NCBI GenBank assembly: GCA_035193785.1
Contig: CP136572.1
Span: 2,804,578 to 2,868,577 of the forward strand
Direction: 5' to 3'
Origin: Planktothrix sp. GU0601_MAG3
GTDB taxonomy: Bacteria > Cyanobacteriota > Cyanobacteriia > Cyanobacteriales > Microcoleaceae
Length of the DNA: 64,000 nt
Below are positions 1 to 10,603 of this stretch, one piece after another (position 1 is the first letter of the stretch; every line of letters begins with the position of its first letter). Position numbers and translations under genes: made by a program. The notes under the pieces were generated by a model, which worked only from the letters and a program-made list of their open reading frames with translations, had not been told where the DNA came from and did not search any database.

Positions 1-7
1 CATTTTA

Positions 8-1460
8 TTGACACTCTCAGGTCTGAAGACACTGAGATTCTGCGGACAGAATTAGTTTAATCTAATTCTCGCTACGACTGCCAAAGATCGTCTACTGAGT
101 TGATTAAGCGACAAACCTAATCTTCCCGATACTTTTCTTAGAATATTAGCTGCACCATTTAAGTCAGCGTTAACAACAAAACAATCAGACGTCCGATAAA
201 GACCACGCTTAATTCTGTTTCCAGATGCTTTCCACCCCATCGGTTTTTCACCGTATTTAGGCAGGGAGTCTCCATCTAAGAAACTAGCTTTTGAAGTATA
301 GGCTTCCTCGGTTTCAATAAACCTAATCCCGTGTAAATCACAAAGTTGTTTTACACGGGATTTTAATTTACCCAAAGGCATTTGAACAAACTTTTGATTG
401 TTCAAATTCCCTAGATTTGCATGAATTTTAAATCCTTCATTCCAACCTATCACCAAAGTTCCAATACCGCATTTCAGGCAATGGTTGATAATTTGTTTAG
501 CAGCTTTATTAATCCCGTCACGCATTTGGTGATTGCGTTTACGAGTTACATGATCTAACCAATTATCCCAATATCCTTTGGGTTTACCTTCTTGGCGGGT
601 TGATACCTTTTTATTCCAAAGTTGATTCATAGCCTTCATTGCTCTAGCATCAATCAAAAAGGAATTTCCTAAAGTATCAACACAAGCTGCTAAATTATCA
701 GCAGTTCCTAAATCAATAGACAACGCTTGGTTAATATCTAATTTGTGGCTTTGTTTCTCTAATTCGTAGGATACTTCTAAATAAAAAGCACCATTTTTAG
801 GAAGAATAGTAAACTCCTTGACTTTGGAGTAATCAAGATTAGATGGCATGGGCAAGAAGAATTCTGATACCCCAAACCATCTTTTAACTGTTGATCCAAG
901 AGAAAATCTAAGTTGACCGTTAATTAACGTTGGTCTTTGTCCTCCAGAATTAGGATAAGCAACTTTAAACAGTTTAGAACCTTTCAGATAACCGGGAGGT
1001 TTAGGTCTAAAATGTAGCTGACCTTTCTTTTGTAAATCTCTCAAGTTTTTGAAAGATTTGAATGCTTCCGTCACCGACATCAAGGTTTGCTGCATCGGTG
1101 TTGATGGCATTGATTGTGCTAATAAAGATTTTGAAACCGATGGTTCAAAAGCTAAATCAAACTTTCCAGTTAGTAACTTACCCGTCTTAAACAATGTTTG
1201 ACGAGCAAAATAAATTCCCGTGTTGTACAATTTACCTGATTGTTGACAAAGGTATTCTAATAATGCACGGGTTTCTGTATCTGGAGACAATAATGTTTGC
1301 TGTACTCCCATTGTTTTACTTGTCTTAGTCATTGACTCGACTATCACGATCATGTTGTTTTTTATGATAGCATAACTAAATATTTCTAGGCGAATAAATT
1401 CCCCTGGGTCGTGTTTCCTCTGGTGGTCTAAAGACACGCTCGTTTCCACACTCCCATCCT
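8..1460 (-). mobile_element. IS200/IS605-family element, tnpB only (IS1341-like); left boundary approximate
   Basis: Right end on the minus strand reads AGAATCTCAGTGTCTTCAGACCTGAGAGTGTCAA: a subterminal hairpin ending in TCAA at 11..8. A related GTGTCTTTAGACC motif lies upstream of tnpB at ~1425-1437. No tnpA between the ends. Confidence 0.75.
52..1332 (-). CDS. tnpB: RNA-guided endonuclease TnpB
   Basis: LCQQSGKLYN N-terminus, RuvC-I SIDLG, VIGWN, EEAYTSKASFLD, RuvC-III NADLNGAANI. Start likely ATG 1332 or 1311 rather than 1449. Confidence 0.92.
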   Translation of the reverse strand: MTKTSKTMGVQQTLLSPDTETRALLEYLCQQSGKLYNTGIYFARQTLFKTGKLLTGKFDLAFEPSVSKSLLAQSMPSTPMQQTLMSVTEAFKSFKNLRDLQKKGQLHFRPKPPGYLKGSKLFKVAYPNSGGQRPTLINGQLRFSLGSTVKRWFGVSEFFLPMPSNLDYSKVKEFTILPKNGAFYLEVSYELEKQSHKLDINQALSIDLGTADNLAACVDTLGNSFLIDARAMKAMNQLWNKKVSTRQEGKPKGYWDNWLDHVTRKRNHQMRDGINKAAKQIINHCLKCGIGTLVIGWNEGFKIHANLGNLNNQKFVQMPLGKLKSRVKQLCDLHGIRFIETEEAYTSKASFLDGDSLPKYGEKPMGWKASGNRIKRGLYRTSDCFVVNADLNGAANILRKVSGRLGLSLNQLSRRSLAVVARIRLN

Positions 1461-1497
1461 GATTTTATGATTAATTGGATCAGTGGCATGACTAATA

Positions 1498-2440
1498 TTA
1501 GAATGGGGGATCAATAATAAATTGGTGGGTAAAGGTATCAATCAGCGACGCGGAACGGATACAACACCCTAAATGATATTCTGTATATTGTCGTAATGTC
1601 CGTTCTACGGTCATCCAGTCCCAAGCCCAAATCAGTTCACGGGACGATACCTCTGGGTTTCAGGAGTTCGGGCTGGGCTAAGTATTGCAGAATAGCTAAC
1701 TGTCCGGCGGTGAGTTTTGTATTAATTTTAAGTTGGGGTTGAGGCACACTTTCTATGGTGTAAAGGTTCCCAGACTCCTTAATTGTAGGGGTTTTTGAGG
1801 TGACGGGAATCGGTTTTTGAGAGTGGGGACGGGATGGAGTTTGTGATGGCGTCCACTCCGATAAATTAATAATTCCCCCGGTTTCAATACTAAACCCAAC
1901 CCGCCAATGTTCATCGGTAAAATTAGGCTGAAGTCGTCGTTGACTTAAACAACATAATTGTACTTGGGGTGCGGTTCCCGCTAGGGCGAGAAGATGGAAA
2001 ATTCCTTGGGTTAAACAGGCAATAATTTGAGTGGAATTAGCAATTAAATGGGAATTAGAAAGGGTTTGTAAACGGTTTAAATGTTCATTGAGGAGGATAA
2101 ATAAATCCTCTTGGGGATGATCGCTAAGGGCTTGACTGAGGGCTAATTCTGCTAAATATTGACTGGCGGCTAATTTACCTAAATTTTTACTTAAGCCTCC
2201 ATAGGTGGTGACGGTTTCGGCTTGGGTTATTTTATCGAGCGATCGCCCTTTAGCAATTAATAATTGATTGACAACAAATAATTCACTCCGTCCTCCTAAC
2301 GGGGATTTTGCTTTTCTGGCTCCGGGTGCAATGGCTTTAATTAATCCAAATTCCCGGGTTAAAATAGTTAAGAGGCGATCGGATTCTCCAAAAGGTTGAG
2401 CTTTTAAATTAATCCCCGTAGCACTATAGGTTTTACTCAT
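1498..2440 (-). CDS. recO: DNA repair protein RecO (frameshift near 1660)
   Basis: N-terminus GESDRLLTILTREFGLIKAIAPGAR. The alternate frame continues WMTVERTLRQYTEYHLG..IRSASLID to TAA at 1498. Confidence 0.9.
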
Positions 2441-2453
2441 TAAATTTTGGCTA

Positions 2454-3134
2454 TTAACTCTCTTTTTTACCTTCGGTTTTCAAAATATCAACGGCCCGGG
2501 AAGTGCCTAAACGAGTGGCTCCTGCTACAATTAAATCAACAGCTTGTTGGTATGTACTAATGCCGCCGGAGGCTTTAATTCCGATGCGTCCTTTGGTGAC
2601 AGATTTAATTAGTTCAATATCGGCCACGGTCGCCCCTCCATACCAACCCGTACTGGTTTTAATATAAGCAATTCCCGTATCCATTAAGACCTCAACAGCC
2701 AAACATTTTTCTTCCTCTGTTAGTACACTGGTTTCAATAATTGCCTTAACCGTTTGTCCAGTTTCTTCACAAATTTCTGCTATTTCTCGATGCAATTCTT
2801 CAGTTTTTCCTGTTTTCAACCAACTTAAATTAATCACTACATCTAATTCCGTCGCGCCATTTTCGACGGCTTCCTGGGCTTCATAGAGTTTAACCTTAGA
2901 AGTTGTCGCTCCGGTAGGAAATCCGATCACAGTGCAGACCTGGGGCGTTTTTCCTTGCAACAATTCTTTCACGAATTTAACATAACTGGGAAATACACAA
3001 ACACTGGCAAATTTATATCTGTCTGCTTCATAACAATACTGTTGAATTTGTTCCGGTGTTGCCGTTTGATTCAGTAAGGTATGATCAATATAGGGAGTAA
3101 TATCTAATCCTTTAGGATTAATAGATTTAGCCAT
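2454..3134 (-). CDS. deoC: Deoxyribose-phosphate aldolase
   Basis: [36 protein letters not shown] motifs. Confidence 0.95.
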   Translation of the reverse strand: MAKSINPKGLDITPYIDHTLLNQTATPEQIQQYCYEADRYKFASVCVFPSYVKFVKELLQGKTPQVCTVIGFPTGATTSKVKLYEAQEAVENGATELDVVINLSWLKTGKTEELHREIAEICEETGQTVKAIIETSVLTEEEKCLAVEVLMDTGIAYIKTSTGWYGGATVADIELIKSVTKGRIGIKASGGISTYQQAVDLIVAGATRLGTSRAVDILKTEGKKES

Positions 3135-3198
3135 AAAATTGATTGTAATTTAGTGAGACATTAATTATATTATAGAGCAATTCTAAATTATTGAACAC

Positions 3199-3243
3199 TA
3201 GGGAACAGGGAACAGGGAATAGGGAATAGGGAATAGGGAATAG
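3199..3243 (+). repeat. Short tandem heptamer repeat (AGGGAAC/AGGGAAT)n
   Basis: About 6 copies visible; STRR type typical of filamentous cyanobacteria. Confidence 0.85.
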
Positions 3244-3315
3244 AAATAATATTTCTGGCCGTTTCCTGTCGGTTGTAAGTTATTATAAACTATTGAGGAT
3301 TGCTATATAAATTAT

Positions 3316-4617
3316 TTACTCTGATTTTTTTCTTTTTCTAGGCTCAATTACATGGGGATCAACATTGTAATGTTTTGCAGCTTGAGATATATTAAAATAT
3401 AATAACGCATTATCACCTAATTTTTTCTTTTCCGTTGGTTGACTGGGAATTATCCCCAAAAGTTTGATAATTTCCCCCGCCACTGCTTTAGCTAATAAGG
3501 GCGGAACAGAATTTCCTACCTGTCGAAAACCGTGCCATTTTGTCCCTTGAAATCTAAACCAGTCGGGATAGGAATGTAAGCGGGCGGCTTCTCTAACCGT
3601 AATACAACGGGGGGTATAGGGATGAATCGGACGGGGGGAAGTAAAGGCGCCTCGGTTGCTAGGTGTTCCGGCTCTTAAAGTATTACATAAACCTTGGGGA
3701 TGGAGTTTATGAAATCGACTAATTTTTTCCGTTTTTCCCCATTCCGTGGCTTCAAATCGGGCGGTAGAGGTGGGAGAATGGCGCGATCGCAAACTACAGG
3801 TTAACAGATTTTGATCGAAAATTCTCGGATAGGAAAAATTATCTTTAACCGCAAGTAATCCCCGCAATAATTGAGCATAACTACTTGGTTTTTGATATTC
3901 GGCTAGGGTATAATCTTTTAGGAATAATTCAGGATATTGTTCAATAGTTGGTAAATCTCCAATGGCATCCCAAACCGTCGGACAGGGAGAAAAGTTATTA
4001 AAATTACTATCAATTTTAGGATTAACTCTTGGCGGTTTTGTGATGGGTTGAGGATAACCAGGTAAGGGTAAATCTTGCCGAGATCCTAAAATAAATAAAC
4101 GTGATCTATCTTGAGGGACACCATAATAGGAAGCATTTAAAACTTGATAGCTTTCTATGACTTGATAACCCTGACTTTGCAGCTTATCAATAATCTCAGT
4201 AATAAATTGTCGATGTTTTCCCACCGTCAAACCTGGAACATTTTCTAAAACAAAATATCTGGGTTGTAATTCATCAACTAACCGAATAAAGTGAAACATT
4301 AAACTATTTCTGGGATCATCAAAAGCCCGTTTTCCCATTAAGGAAAAACCCTGACAAGGTGGGCCCCCAAATACCACATCAATCTCTCGATCTCCAATCT
4401 CAGAATCCCGTCTAATTTCTAATCCCTTGAGGGTTTCCATACTTTGACAAAACACCTGCCAAAAGGGAAAATTATATTCATGGGTAGCACAATGAATCGG
4501 GTCAATTTCCACGGCGGCTAAAACATCAAATCCAGCCTGTTCAAAACCCAGGGTCATGCCTCCCGCACCCGCAAACAAATCTATAGCAATCGGTCGTTTT
4601 TGAGTCTTCACGGTCAA
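3316..4617 (-). CDS. dcm: Orphan C5-cytosine DNA methyltransferase, probably the CGATCG-specific M.Ssp6803I/DmtC type
   Basis: DLFAGAGG, GGPPCQGFS, ENV, R-x-R motifs. RPIAIDLFAG, LCNTLRAGT and PRPIH segments resemble the cyanobacterial CGATCG methylase as I recall it. No adjacent endonuclease. Confidence 0.85.
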   Translation of the reverse strand: MTVKTQKRPIAIDLFAGAGGMTLGFEQAGFDVLAAVEIDPIHCATHEYNFPFWQVFCQSMETLKGLEIRRDSEIGDREIDVVFGGPPCQGFSLMGKRAFDDPRNSLMFHFIRLVDELQPRYFVLENVPGLTVGKHRQFITEIIDKLQSQGYQVIESYQVLNASYYGVPQDRSRLFILGSRQDLPLPGYPQPITKPPRVNPKIDSNFNNFSPCPTVWDAIGDLPTIEQYPELFLKDYTLAEYQKPSSYAQLLRGLLAVKDNFSYPRIFDQNLLTCSLRSRHSPTSTARFEATEWGKTEKISRFHKLHPQGLCNTLRAGTPSNRGAFTSPRPIHPYTPRCITVREAARLHSYPDWFRFQGTKWHGFRQVGNSVPPLLAKAVAGEIIKLLGIIPSQPTEKKKLGDNALLYFNISQAAKHYNVDPHVIEPRKRKKSE

Positions 4618-4669
4618 TTATTTTTACTGAAAAATGTTAAATTAGAGTCCAAGTTTTTGTTATCACTCC

Positions 4670-6031
4670 CTAGGATATACTAACATCAGGCGACCAATTT
4701 TGGAGGACTCGCCCGGTAATTTCTTGTCCCAACCAGGGAGTATTAATAGAGCGAGATTTTAGGGTATTTGCATTAACAACCCAAGAAGTTTTCGGATTAA
4801 ATAATATCATTTCTGCGGGTTGATCCGGTTGAATAGAATAGGGAGTTTGTTGTAAACAAATAGCCGGGTTACTGCTTAAAAATCTCCATAAATCTAGGGC
4901 TGACCATCGCCCCGACTCAACAAAGGTTTTCCATAATAGGGGTAATGCTAATTCTAACCCAATTACACCCGGGGGCGCATCGGCAAAGGCAACGGTTTTT
5001 TCTTCATAACTATAGGGGGTATGATCAATGGCGATCGCATCAATAATTCCCGTCTCTACTCCTTGAATTAAAGCCTGTTGATCCGATGGATTTCCCAAGG
5101 GAGGATCGACTCTTAAATTAGGGTCGTAGGGGAGAGGAATAGAAGTAAGAATCGCCGGATCTTCATCTTCTAATGGTCGATTCCAAATCCGATTAATAGA
5201 TGCTGTATTTAATAATAAATGTATCCAACTTGTACTGGCGGTAATCGGTAAATTACGGGCCTTAGCTTGGGCAATTAATTCTACACTTCGGGCTGTAGAA
5301 ACCCGCATAATATGAACCGGAGTTGCCGTTACTTCTACTAATTCTAATATGGCGGCTAAGGCTGCGGTTTCAGCAAATTGAGGGATTCCGGGCAAACCAC
5401 ATAATATAGAATCATGCCCCTCTCGCATGACTCCATTAACTGCTAATTGGCGATCGCAAGCATATAAAGCCAAGGGTTTATTTAAAGGTTTTAAATATTC
5501 TAATATTCTTCTTAATAACGCTAAATTTTCCAGAGGTTTACCCTCCGCAAAACCCACAATATTCGCCTCGGCTAATTCACTCAATTCCGTCATTTGTTGA
5601 CCCGCAACATCTTGGGTTAATGCACCCCAAAGATATAATTTTGGACGCTGAAACTCAGAATTGAGAATAGCAACTTTTTCAGATCGTTGTTGTAATAATG
5701 TCACCGTTGCTGGGTTATCAATGGCTGGAATAGTATTAGGTAAAATCCCTAACCGTGTAAATCCTCCAGCAGCAGCAGCATTCAATAAAGAAGTTAAATT
5801 CTCCCTTTCCTCAAATCCCGGCTCCCCACTCTGACTATATAAATCAACTAATCCCGGCCCTAAAATCAAGCCTTCACTATTAATAATTTGGGTATTTTCT
5901 GGATAATTATTAATTTCAGATTCAATGGTTTTAATATAACCATCAATTACCAAAATATCGGCAACTTGATCCCGTTTAGAAACCGGATCAATCACACGAA
6001 CTTGCTTTAAAAGTTGACAATTCATATTCAA
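4670..6031 (-). CDS. pyrC: Dihydroorotase-like protein (PyrC'-type)
   Basis: PGLVDL, GEPGFEERE, AAAAGGFT, DHTP..EEK, APPGVIGLE. The metal-binding HxH is replaced by YSQ, so it may be non-catalytic. Confidence 0.85.
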   Translation of the reverse strand: MNMNCQLLKQVRVIDPVSKRDQVADILVIDGYIKTIESEINNYPENTQIINSEGLILGPGLVDLYSQSGEPGFEERENLTSLLNAAAAGGFTRLGILPNTIPAIDNPATVTLLQQRSEKVAILNSEFQRPKLYLWGALTQDVAGQQMTELSELAEANIVGFAEGKPLENLALLRRILEYLKPLNKPLALYACDRQLAVNGVMREGHDSILCGLPGIPQFAETAALAAILELVEVTATPVHIMRVSTARSVELIAQAKARNLPITASTSWIHLLLNTASINRIWNRPLEDEDPAILTSIPLPYDPNLRVDPPLGNPSDQQALIQGVETGIIDAIAIDHTPYSYEEKTVAFADAPPGVIGLELALPLLWKTFVESGRWSALDLWRFLSSNPAICLQQTPYSIQPDQPAEMILFNPKTSWVVNANTLKSRSINTPWLGQEITGRVLQNWSPDVSIS

Positions 6032-6057
6032 GTATCAGGTGTTAATTTTAGGGTGCA

Positions 6058-6083
6058 GTAGAGACGAGCCACGGCGCGTCTCT
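6058..6083 (+). repeat. REP-like palindrome GTAG-AGACG..CGTCTCT
   Basis: GTAGAGACGAGCCACGGCGCGTCTCT; related copy at 9226-9250. Confidence 0.75.
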
Positions 6084-6141
6084 CTTTCTCTTTCTCTGCA
6101 CACCAAGGCGCGTCTAGTTTCTCCACACAGTCAACCGTCAA

Positions 6142-7502
6142 CTATAACGCTCCCGCCGCCGTTTTATCGAGAATACTACCCGATAAATGACTGGTAATAT
6201 TATCCGCTTGTAACACAGGTAAACCCTCAATTCCCTGGGGATAATCAATCACAGTTACCGCACCATTCCCCTGTTTAAAGTTCCAAAAATGATCAGGAGG
6301 CAGATTAAACAATTGACACAATAGAGCCTTATTAATCGCATCATGGGCAACCACTAATATAGTTACAGGTTGGTGATTATAGGTTTCAACAATTTGCTTC
6401 CAGGCGATTAAAGAACGTTGCCAAACCTGTTGTAAATTTTCACCTTCAGGCATTTGAACTGTTTGGGGTGCTGTCTTCCATTCCCCTAATAATCCTGGGT
6501 AAAATTGTTCGATTTCTGCCTCAAATTTGCCTTCCCATAAACCATGGCTAATTTCACAAAATTCCGGTTCTAATTGTAATTCTATCCCCGGATGATATTG
6601 TAAAATAATTTCTGCGGTTTCCTTGGGACGTGCCATGGGACTCGTTACCGCAAAATCAATTTTAATTTCCTTGAGAAATTCCGCCGCTTTCCGAGCTTGT
6701 TCTCGACCATTATCATTCAAGGGAACATCAATTTGTCCCTGGAATTGACCCATGCGGTTTCCATTCGGTTTCCCCATGTCTAACTAATAATAACCGCGGC
6801 CCTTGATGACCCGGGCGTAAAGACGGGACTTTATGACCAACATGGGTTGTGAGGTTCATCGACTCCAACTGGACATCCGCAGGTTTCGGTAATTCTCCGG
6901 GGATAATATTAGTAAAATTCAAAATACTAATCCCACAGTTAGACTGTTGTATGCTTTGGTAAAATTGGGGTTGAATTCCTAAAGCCGTCGCAATCAAACT
7001 TCGATTAATTCCATTATGAGCTACTAATAAAACCGTTTGATTTTGATGACGGGCTAAAATTTCCCGCCAAAATTCCTTGGCCTGTTCAAATAATGCCAAT
7101 ACCGGAAAATATTGTTTTTCCCCTTCAGGTGTGGGAACCTGCATGGAGAACTCATGGGGCGAGTCGTGCCAGGTCTGATAGTCCTGGGGAAACTGTTCCA
7201 TCACCACTTGACGTTCCATCCCCGCCCACAGGGGGAGATCAATTTCCATCAACAGGTCGCTGGGTTGAACTTTAGGGGGGTCGGACAGGTGGGTGATGAT
7301 GATTTGGGCCGTTTGTTTCGCCCGTTGCAGGGGACTGCAATAGAGAGCATCAAACTTTAAACCATTCAAGGCATCACCGACTTTTTGCGCGGCCACAGAA
7401 ACCTTTCTCCGTCAAAACAGAGGCATCCAAGCGACCTTGAATTCGACTTTGGGCATTATAGGTACTTTGACCATGACGGACAAGAATTACACGGGTCGTC
7501 AT
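6142..7502 (-). CDS. Two-domain histidine phosphatase (phosphoserine phosphatase/phosphoglycerate mutase family); two frameshifts
   Basis: ATG 7502 gives MTTRVILVRHGQSTYN. Second domain LLVRHGETEW; two VAH motifs. Joins ORFs 6728-7396 and 6142-6777. Confidence 0.88.
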
Positions 7503-7648
7503 TGTTAAATTGAGGAGTGGGAATTTTGGACTCTGGACTGAACCGAATTTAAGCCAGATGTCATTGTACCTTGTTTGGAACAGTATCAGTTAGAATGTTG
7601 GGTTTGCGGCTCAAACTCGGCAATATTTTGTTCTCACGTTTTGAAACC

Positions 7649-9178
7649 ATGACACCCAAACGCTGGATTTTAGCAATTTTAACCTTATTAGCGATTAGCT
7701 TTTTGGGTTTATCGTTACTCAATAGTTGGACTCAACCCCAAATTCAAAGCCGTTTAGAATTGTATCAAACCAATTTACTACTTCATGCTTCCCAATGGCA
7801 AGGCAACGAAAAAGAAACAGAAAGTTTAATTAAATTACGCGATAATTTAATCGGTAAAAATCCGGTAAAGGATGCCTTTAAACAATATCAACAAGTACAA
7901 GAATCTGTTTCTAAAAATTTATCTAAATTTCAACAAGTTGATGGGCAAATATCAGAAAGTTCTCTACAGGAGTTAGCACAACTTAATCGAGATTTACAAC
8001 TGAGAATCGGGATCTTAAAAACCCAGTTAGGCTCTGCTGATCAAGCCATAGAAACCTGGAGGATTTTGGCGGAACCAACCCGGGGAGAACTTCCTGAATC
8101 TGGGGATAAAAACAGTATAATTAAAACTGCAAAAATAGCACAGGTGTTAATCGGATTATGGCAAAATCCCGCCCGATTATTCCCCGATGCCGAACCAATT
8201 TTACAAAACTATTTAGAGGGTTGGTTTCGTTATCAAGCCCTAGTGAAACTCTATACATTGCAACAGCGTCCAGAAGCGTTAGTTACCCTAGAAATACAAC
8301 AACAGCAACGATCTGAACAAGCAATTTTTAAGTTAATGATTGTTAGTGCTATTCCCGGTTTGGGATTATTCCTGGGATTATTATTAGCCATTGTTTTAGG
8401 AATTCAAGTAATCTTCAAAGGCAAGGATTCTGTTTTAGCTACCAATATGGATGTGGCTTGGTTAATTCCTTGGAATGGGGAAGTCATTTTACAGGTTTTT
8501 GTGGTGGGTTTTTCCCTATTGGGGCAATTGTTTATTCCCCTAATGTTAAGAGCCGTTTTTCAAGGTTTAAATCTTCAACCCAGCAGTTTGGATGTCAGGA
8601 ATCAGGCGGTTTATATTTTAATCACCTATCTATTATTAATGGTAGGAGGCTTTTCGGTTTTGTATTTTTCGATTAAGCCCTATTTTCCCTTACCCCAAGG
8701 TTGGTTTACTTTCAAAATCAAAGATAATTGGTTTGTTTGGGGTTTGGGGGGATATTTAGTTGCCTTACCTTTAGTGATTTTAGTGTCTTTAATTAATCAG
8801 AAATTTTGGGACGGACAGGGGGGAAGTAATCCTTTATTACCGATTGCTTTAGAAAGTCGAGATAGTCTGGCTTTAGGGATATTTTTTATTACCGCATCCA
8901 TCGCGGCACCGATCTTTGAAGAAACTATGTTTCGAGGATTTTTATTGCCTTCTTTAACCCGTTATCTTCCCCTGGGAAGTGCAATTCTTTTAAGTGGATT
9001 TCTCTTTGCCGTGGCGCATTTTAATGTTTCGGAAATTTTGCCCTTAATGACGTTAGGAATTGTCCTGGGGTTTGTGTATACGCGATCGCGCAATTTATTA
9101 GCCCCCATGTTCATGCACGGATTATGGAATAGTGGCACTTTATTGAGTTTATATGTTTTGGGTAGTGGCGGAAGTTAG
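7649..9178 (+). CDS. CPBP/CAAX-family intramembrane metalloprotease
   Basis: FEETMFRG, FAVAH and HGLWN motifs; multiple TM helices. Confidence 0.9.
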   Translation: MTPKRWILAILTLLAISFLGLSLLNSWTQPQIQSRLELYQTNLLLHASQWQGNEKETESLIKLRDNLIGKNPVKDAFKQYQQVQESVSKNLSKFQQVDGQISESSLQELAQLNRDLQLRIGILKTQLGSADQAIETWRILAEPTRGELPESGDKNSIIKTAKIAQVLIGLWQNPARLFPDAEPILQNYLEGWFRYQALVKLYTLQQRPEALVTLEIQQQQRSEQAIFKLMIVSAIPGLGLFLGLLLAIVLGIQVIFKGKDSVLATNMDVAWLIPWNGEVILQVFVVGFSLLGQLFIPLMLRAVFQGLNLQPSSLDVRNQAVYILITYLLLMVGGFSVLYFSIKPYFPLPQGWFTFKIKDNWFVWGLGGYLVALPLVILVSLINQKFWDGQGGSNPLLPIALESRDSLALGIFFITASIAAPIFEETMFRGFLLPSLTRYLPLGSAILLSGFLFAVAHFNVSEILPLMTLGIVLGFVYTRSRNLLAPMFMHGLWNSGTLLSLYVLGSGGS

Positions 9179-9201
9179 AGGAATTAATCGGAAAAGATAA
9201 A

Positions 9202-9250
9202 AAGCCCGGAAATAAATTTCGGGCTGTAGAGACGTGCCATGGCGCGTCTC
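9202..9250 (+). repeat. Composite REP: AGCCCGGAAATAAATTTCGGGCT hairpin abutting GTAGAGACGTGCCATGGCGCGTCTC
   Basis: First hairpin matches 22722-22743; second matches 6058-6083. Lies between convergent genes. Confidence 0.8.
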
Positions 9251-9276
9251 ATCTTTAGATGACTAGGAAGAATCAG

Positions 9277-10474
9277 CTATAGTTTATCTAAACTTTCTAC
9301 GACAACACGACGAAAGATTTCTGTAACTTCCGCCGCCATTCGGGCATCTAATTCCAATGCTTGTTGAGTAAAATCCTCCTTATTATTAATAGGAATTACA
9401 CCCCTTAAAGTAATTGCTAAGGTTCGGAATTCCGCAGGTTTTTGATTAGCATTGGGTAGGGAGTCAATAAACTGCACAAATGCCACATAGCAGAGTTTCT
9501 ACCGTTTGCCGAACTGTACTATCTCCATAACCCATTTTAGAAAGAATAACTGGAGACGTAATCGCCTGTTCAATTCCCAAGGTTTTGAACGCGACATCCA
9601 CATAACGGGCCGGGTCTTGACCTAGGGCATTAACCAAACAATTGAAGTTTTTTTCTGGAAGGTTAGGAAGTTGAGCTTGGCCGGGTAGATAATTATGCCA
9701 TCCAATTAAAGAAATGATACGAGTTAAATCGTAAGCCGAAACAAAATTATCTCCTTTGGGAGTATCTAAAACCGCTTTTAAAATGGTAGTTTTAGTATCA
9801 GGATCAACAATTTCAGGACTTAAAAATACTGGACTTTCTCCATAATCACCTTGAAAATTTAAAGTTGAATTTCCCGTGATTTTTTGTAGCCATTTCTCTA
9901 AATTAGGGCGAGTTTCAAATCTTTTAAATAAGGCAGCTAAAGCGTTAGAACTAGAAACTTTGTGTTTATAACTAATGACATCTTCAATCGCAGTTTTTAG
10001 GGAAAAGTTTGCAGTCCGGTTTTCAGAATTTTGTAACTTTAAATTGTTAACATCATATTTAGGAAATTTTTGATCAATTTGAGTTAAGGTATTCAGCACC
10101 GGAATAATTTTAGTGGTACTCCAAAATTGTGTGGTTTTTAGGGGATTTCTTCCCAGCCAAATCGTTTTGAGTTCCCCCGCTTCAAATTTCCCTAAACTAA
10201 TGCAGGCTTCTTCGATTTGAGGATGGAGAAAAGCTAAACTTTCTTGATCAATATAAGGCATCTTTCCCAAGGCAGGATAGGGACTATATTGTAAGGGTTT
10301 ACGGCTTAAATATTGGGGGTAATTTTGAATATGATTTTGATAGGGAGACTGCTCAAATCCTTGATCTAAAAAAGCGAATTTATCTAAATTTGCCCCAATT
10401 TCGTGTTCAATTTTCCGAAAATCATCAAATACTTTTTTTCTGTTTTTGGCTTGTTCTAAACTATAACTACTCAT
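9277..10474 (-). CDS. Conserved cyanobacterial protein, possibly beta-lactamase/serine-hydrolase fold (frameshift near 9495)
   Basis: STTK (SxxK), SSN and SKMG motifs; joins the 9464-10474 and 9277-9486 ORFs. Confidence 0.6.
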
Positions 10475-10514
10475 TGAGAATATTTCCTAAGTTAAATAAT
10501 TAAACTAATAACTG

Positions 10515-10576
10515 GTAAGGGCGGGTTATTTTAGATCTTTGTTAGTCACCCTAAATCTCGATGAACCCGCCCCTAC
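10515..10576 (-). repeat. Solo REP of the family found in the 60468-62882 array
   Basis: GTAAGGGCGGGTT-N36-AACCCGCCCCTAC. Confidence 0.85.
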
Positions 10577-10603
10577 CTACAACTGATAACTGATTATTGG
10601 TAT

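Noticed and set aside
1333..1449. N-terminal extension of TnpB in the ORF track
   Set aside because: It overlaps the element's left-end region; TnpB-like sequence begins near 1332/1311.
1552..1606. Inverted repeat GAACGGA..TCCGTTC as a possible ncRNA or IS end
   Set aside because: It lies inside the repaired recO C-terminal coding region.
3316..4617. Restriction-modification system
   Set aside because: No endonuclease neighbour; flanked by deoC and pyrC.
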